IMG/VR virus record: IMGVR_UViG_3300020044_001391
Span: 1-28,273 of that record
Source of the DNA: a virus
Taxonomy: Duplodnaviria > Caudoviricetes
Direction: 5' to 3' (one strand)
Length of the DNA: 28,273 nucleotides
The notes under the pieces were generated by a model that had not been told where the DNA came from, ran no database searches, and saw only the letters and a program-made list of their open reading frames with translations. Numbering within the stretch: the stretch's first letter is position 1; every line of letters starts with the position of its first letter. The position numbers and the translations under genes are program-made. Of the stretch, positions 23,732 to 28,273 are shown piece after piece.

Positions 23732-25897
23732 ACTATAAATTTCTAGTATCTGCCCTTCCGAACTAATCTTATAAACGTGTATCGCTGGGTCTAAGTCTAT
23801 TTTATACCATAAGAACGAACCATTAAACGGAATGCTTAAAGTATCGTTAGTATAGAATAAATAACCTACTGGCGGATTTTGGTTGTTAGAATCAGAATAA
23901 ACAAAGTCTGAACCAACACTTGCAGCCGCAGCCTCAGCACCCGATTCATAACCTTCGCTTCTATATCTAACAAAAGATTCCGTTTCAGGGTTAATAACCG
24001 AACTATCATATTTAGTTACAACTACTGCGTTTGGATTGTCTAAATCAGTAATTTCCAATAACGAAGTTTGTATATCGTCGTTAAATAAATCCATTGTCGT
24101 ATTTCCTACAATATATTTTTTATCCTCTACGCTAATTTGTACTGGGTCAGTATCGTCCGCAGTAATTCTCATTGCACCGCTAAATCGTCCGTTTGCCGTG
24201 TCCATACTTGTAAACGTACAATCTATATTAATAATATTTTTAGATAATACGTTAGCATATTGTTTTACTACTAACTCACTCAAAGACGTATATAATAAAT
24301 CGGGATAGTTTAAAGAATACCAGTTATTTAAAGCGGTACCGTCAACGTCGCTCAAATATCCCTTAAAGAAGTTATAAGTAGGGTATAAGCTATTAAACCC
24401 TGATAATATCTTTGCCTCGTATGTATAGTCATTATTTGAGTTAATTGTGCTTGTCGTAGTTACACTCTTAAGCGCAGATTCTTGCGTCAATACTACATTT
24501 TGTACCTCAACAACTTGCTCTATTAATGTACTCGTTGAATTTTCCACCGCTATTTCAATGCTCATTGCACCGCTAAAACTTGTTGGCGGCATATCAATAC
24601 TTACATCGTAAACGGTTGTTCCATTTTCATATTTTTCAAAGTAATAATCAGTTCCGCTATTACTCCATCTTTTCTCACTATTCAAATACCACGTCCCAAA
24701 TCCCCCACCGTCAATAATTATCTTAACTACCACCACGTTTGGCGGAGTAATACTAAAACTCTTTAACACGCAGTTAAAAGACAAAGTTCCAATGTCGCCA
24801 ATGTTTAACCCAGTTAAATAAGTAGTTTTTATTCTAGCATAACCCGCAGCCGAAGTAGTTTTTTGTAGGCTTAATACCATTGCGTTAAAATCTGAGTTCG
24901 GATTCTGCTTTAATGTTACCGCTCCATATAAAGAACTATTTGTCCAAAATGTAGCAACGTTTGCAGCATATGATTTAAACGTTCCATTTGAAATATAGTT
25001 ATCCGCATACTCTGCGTCGTTCTTGCTTATAATTGTATTATAGCCTTTTCTTAATAGTTTGAACTGAGAATTACCAGCAAAGAATAAATTACTTGTATTA
25101 CCTCCAAATCCTTCGATATTACCCAAATCAGATATTTCACCGCTATCTATTGCGATACCATTCTGATACAAAGTATAATAGTAACTATCCGCTGCAATTT
25201 GCGTTAATGGCACAATATACCAAACCCCTTTAGCTTGGAATAACCTTGAACCAAACCCGCTAATTATCATTGTCAATACTTCCAAATATGTTTTACCTAT
25301 AAAAGATAAATTCTGATAATAGGATTGGTTTAATGGCTCCGCTTCGGGGTCATCGTCTCTATTTATCATTCCCGAACCATAAAAACTTATTCCGCTTATT
25401 ATGTTTAAATCAGTAGGGAAACCAATTTTACTTAAGGCACTATCCACATAAAATAAAGCCTTTTTTCTAGTCAATACTGTTTCGTCCGTTGGGTTATCAA
25501 ATTGTATTTTACCTAATAAACCAAGACCATCAATAGCATTAAACTCTAATGTTCTACGTCCCGTACTAAATCCAAACTGTACTACGTCGCTAATTGTCCA
25601 ACCCTCAAAGTCTAAGTCAGTATCGTTATTTAATAATTCTACGAAATACTTCCTATCGTCTAACTCCGTAAAGTCGGGCATTTGTTCTAAGTTATCGGTA
25701 ACGTCTATTGCCACCGCTAATTGAGCAACATAAATAGCCTCAAATACATCGTCCGATTGAGGTATATATTGGATAGTTATTGTTTCCGCTGGGTACTCTA
25801 TTAAATCACCTACATAATCATTCTCAGATAAATATAAGTATGAAGTGCTACCCGATTTAGTAGCCATTGTAATTTTGTACTTTCTATTATATGCCAT
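23729..25897 (-). CDS. Tail tip/baseplate hub structural protein
   Basis: 722 aa, beta-rich, immediately after the tape measure gene; contains A.DGLGLL and G.RLFQ..G.WYI. Confidence 0.7.
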   Translation of the reverse strand: MAYNRKYKITMATKSGSTSYLYLSENDYVGDLIEYPAETITIQYIPQSDDVFEAIYVAQLAVAIDVTDNLEQMPDFTELDDRKYFVELLNNDTDLDFEGWTISDVVQFGFSTGRRTLEFNAIDGLGLLGKIQFDNPTDETVLTRKKALFYVDSALSKIGFPTDLNIISGISFYGSGMINRDDDPEAEPLNQSYYQNLSFIGKTYLEVLTMIISGFGSRLFQAKGVWYIVPLTQIAADSYYYTLYQNGIAIDSGEISDLGNIEGFGGNTSNLFFAGNSQFKLLRKGYNTIISKNDAEYADNYISNGTFKSYAANVATFWTNSSLYGAVTLKQNPNSDFNAMVLSLQKTTSAAGYARIKTTYLTGLNIGDIGTLSFNCVLKSFSITPPNVVVVKIIIDGGGFGTWYLNSEKRWSNSGTDYYFEKYENGTTVYDVSIDMPPTSFSGAMSIEIAVENSTSTLIEQVVEVQNVVLTQESALKSVTTTSTINSNNDYTYEAKILSGFNSLYPTYNFFKGYLSDVDGTALNNWYSLNYPDLLYTSLSELVVKQYANVLSKNIINIDCTFTSMDTANGRFSGAMRITADDTDPVQISVEDKKYIVGNTTMDLFNDDIQTSLLEITDLDNPNAVVVTKYDSSVINPETESFVRYRSEGYESGAEAAAASVGSDFVYSDSNNQNPPVGYLFYTNDTLSIPFNGSFLWYKIDLDPAIHVYKISSEGQILEIYS

Positions 25898-28025
25898 TGC
25901 CTCGTCTTAGGTTAAGTGAATAATTACTTCTTTGCAAAGCTAACACTAAATCGTTGCCTTTTAACACAAATTGTCCATTTCCACCACCACCGCCAACTCC
26001 GCTCATTGCACCCGCATTGAAAGTGCTATTCATCATATTACTTAACTTATTCAAAGGCATAATCGCTTCGCTTTGTCCACCTTCACCAACCATTGCCAAA
26101 GTAGGCTGAGAAACAACCCCACCTTCTGCCATTCCTAATAATTTACCAACACCGCCTAATACCCCACCTAAGAAACCGCCGCCACCGCCTGTTGCTAAAT
26201 TTAATAAAGACATAATTCCTTTAAATATTGTAGCTTGTATAATTGCCGCAGCAAACTGTTTAACTAAATCTCCCAAGTAATTACCCAATGCTTGTAAAGG
26301 ATTTTCTCCTTTTGACATAGCATTAAACATAACCATAAACCCTTGCGTTATATCATTTGCAATAGTATCAGCAAACTTCTTATAGTTATCTTGAAGTTTC
26401 TTAGTATCTTTTTGTTTTTGGTCTATGTCAAGTATTTTATATTGCTTGTCCATATCCTTGTAAGCCTTATCTAAATCCTGTATTGCTTTTGGATTTGTAG
26501 AAAATGCCATCAATATTTTTATTTCAGCCATAGCCTTTTTAATGGCTTCCTTTTTCTTTTCGTAATCGTCCCCAGCTAATTTAGAATCTTCATCCAAATT
26601 TCTTTTTACAATATCTAAACCATCTTTTGACGCTTGTAATTGAGTAGCTAACTTTTCTTTAGCATCTTCTTGTTGTTGTTTAGTCCATTGTTTATCTTGA
26701 GCATCAAACATTTTAGTTAGTTTGTCTCCTAACTCTTTTTCGTTTAATAGCTTGTCAATTTCATATTGTTTTTCTATATTAGCTATTTCATTAGCACTAG
26801 CCTTAGCTAATTTTGCTTTTTCTAGATTTACGTTTCTTTGTTCTTTAGCAATTTTGTCTGCATATTCTTTATAAGCATAAACATTATCCTCATAAAGTTT
26901 TTGCTCTTTTTTTAATGTTTCTAATGTAGAAGTGTCAACTTCTGCTTTTTTAGCCGCCGTACTTGAAACAGTTGTTTGCTTTAAATCTTTTACTTTTGTT
27001 TGTGTTTCATTATCTAATGGTATTCCAGCTTTTTTAGCAATTTGGTCAGCTTGTGTTTGAGCTTCTGTTTGAATAGATAAATACCTATCCATTATTTTTT
27101 TACTTTCATTAACAGCTTCATTCATTTCATCTATACGACGTTGCTTTATTACTTTTGTGTCATATCCATAAAATTTGGCAAAAAAACTAACTGGAGCATC
27201 TTCTCCTGGTCCAGCTGCAATAATTTCTTTTTGCTTTAATAACTCTTCCGCTGCTTTTTTACTTGCTGCGTCTGCTAATGCTCTTTGTAAAGTAGATTGA
27301 ACATAGTCGTTAGTTTTTTCTTTGAATATTTTTTCAGCGTCATTTACATTTGATTTAACACCTAATGTTGCACCTAATTGCTTGTTATATACTTTTAATG
27401 CTTCCTCTCCTGTTAATACTCCTCTATGATACTCCTCAAATGCAACTTGTACTTTATTTACTCTTTGTACTGCGGATGTAAATTCACCACCAATTCCAGA
27501 AAAAGCCTCTTTGTATTGTTTAGTTGCATCTTCTCCGTGCATTAATTCGCCAACAAAATTAGCAATGTCATCACCAAAAGCAACTATTAAAGAAGATACA
27601 ACACCCAATGCAACTCCAATACCAGCTGGACCAGCCAAACCAGAAACCATTGATTTTAATGCGCCACCAGCGCCACCAGCTTCTTTGCTCAATCGTTGAA
27701 ATGATTCCAACATTGGGTTAAGGTTATTCGCAATACCCATAAATCCATATGGAGCATCTTGAGCAACCCTTGATAAGTTTGTTAAAGCATTTGTTGAATC
27801 TGTTGCTGGTTTTTTTACATTTGACATCTTATTATTAAGATTGTCAATTACACCGTTTAAATTATTAATCTGAGTAGTTAAATAATTTATTTCGCCAACA
27901 TTGGTAGATTTTTTTAATGCCGATTGGAACTGACTAAGTAGATTCTCTGCTTTTTGTAATTGACTAGCAAAGTCTTGGGTATTGGCTCCAATATTAATAT
28001 TTAAATCTAAACTGTTATCTGCCAT
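25887..28025 (-). CDS. Tail tape measure protein
   Basis: 712 aa, A/G/K-rich and helical; contains QDAPYGF.GIANN and C-terminal MAEGGVVS.PTLAMVGEGG..EAIMPL. Confidence 0.93.
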   Translation of the reverse strand: MADNSLDLNINIGANTQDFASQLQKAENLLSQFQSALKKSTNVGEINYLTTQINNLNGVIDNLNNKMSNVKKPATDSTNALTNLSRVAQDAPYGFMGIANNLNPMLESFQRLSKEAGGAGGALKSMVSGLAGPAGIGVALGVVSSLIVAFGDDIANFVGELMHGEDATKQYKEAFSGIGGEFTSAVQRVNKVQVAFEEYHRGVLTGEEALKVYNKQLGATLGVKSNVNDAEKIFKEKTNDYVQSTLQRALADAASKKAAEELLKQKEIIAAGPGEDAPVSFFAKFYGYDTKVIKQRRIDEMNEAVNESKKIMDRYLSIQTEAQTQADQIAKKAGIPLDNETQTKVKDLKQTTVSSTAAKKAEVDTSTLETLKKEQKLYEDNVYAYKEYADKIAKEQRNVNLEKAKLAKASANEIANIEKQYEIDKLLNEKELGDKLTKMFDAQDKQWTKQQQEDAKEKLATQLQASKDGLDIVKRNLDEDSKLAGDDYEKKKEAIKKAMAEIKILMAFSTNPKAIQDLDKAYKDMDKQYKILDIDQKQKDTKKLQDNYKKFADTIANDITQGFMVMFNAMSKGENPLQALGNYLGDLVKQFAAAIIQATIFKGIMSLLNLATGGGGGFLGGVLGGVGKLLGMAEGGVVSQPTLAMVGEGGQSEAIMPLNKLSNMMNSTFNAGAMSGVGGGGGNGQFVLKGNDLVLALQRSNYSLNLRRGNGI

Positions 28026-28031
28026 CTTATT

Positions 28032-28273
28032 TTAGTTTACTCCGTATAATTTTAATGTCCTTGCAAGTTGTTCGTCCGTTAGCATAGTTTTTTCCTCTTC
28101 CATTCCTTCTGCATCGTCAATCGCTGGTATGTGCCAAAAAGACTTAAGAGACTTAGGTTGCTTTTCGGTACTGTTACTTAGATATATAATATAGGCGAGG
28201 TTTCTAGTCCTCGCCCATTCATTTAACTCTCGTCGTTCTTTACCCATTACAATAATAGAAAAGTCCTTCCAAG
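28032..28273 (-). CDS. Tail assembly chaperone gpT-like frame, 3' part (continues from the window start across the junction)
   Basis: Same frame as 1-239 through the 121-bp overlap; ends ...LKLYGVN just upstream of the tape measure start. Confidence 0.75.
   Translation of the reverse strand, partial: WKDFSIIVMGKERRELNEWARTRNLAYIIYLSNSTEKQPKSLKSFWHIPAIDDAEGMEEEKTMLTDEQLARTLKLYGVN
28153..28273. repeat. Terminal direct repeat copy 2 (121 bp)
   Basis: Identical to 1-121. Confidence 0.95.

Noticed and set aside
1833-27699. Plus-strand ORFs in the track (e.g. 4192-4437, 10150-10416, 16597-16902, 24036-24308)
   Set aside because: All lie antisense to well-supported minus-strand genes and have no recognisable motifs.
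1-28273. tRNA genes or stop-codon reassignment
   Set aside because: No cloverleaf was recognised in the few intergenic gaps, and genes are full-length under the standard code.

Overview
The window is an apparently complete, circularly assembled ~28.15-kb tailed phage genome (siphovirus layout). Bases 1-121 are identical to 28153-28273, and an ORF reads through that junction. Essentially all credible genes are on the minus strand. In transcription order they are: early/recombination/replication genes (DnaA-C-like protein, ERF, SSB, HTH, replication initiator with internal iterons, NinG), a ParB-methyltransferase fusion, terminase, portal, a Dps/ferritin-like protein, head genes (HK97-type protease and capsid), neck and tail genes, tape measure, tail tip, a second tail-tube paralogue, an S74-chaperoned tail fibre, a lysis cassette, and an exonuclease/HExxH cluster. 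TAnnTTTG promoter elements and A-rich, SD-less start regions point to a Bacteroidota host. I recognise no integrase, CI-type repressor, DNA polymerase or helicase. The most notable signals are non-coding. (i) Two tandem promoter-short RNA-terminator units at 16185-16342 carry anti-start-codon (UUCAUAG) segments complementary to start regions of the phage's own early genes. (ii) The leader of the replication initiator gene has two hairpins with perfectly complementary 7-nt loops. (iii) The tail chaperone G/GT junction needs a +1/-2 shift rather than the usual -1 shift at an A10 run. All family assignments come from motif recognition and synteny, not database searches.
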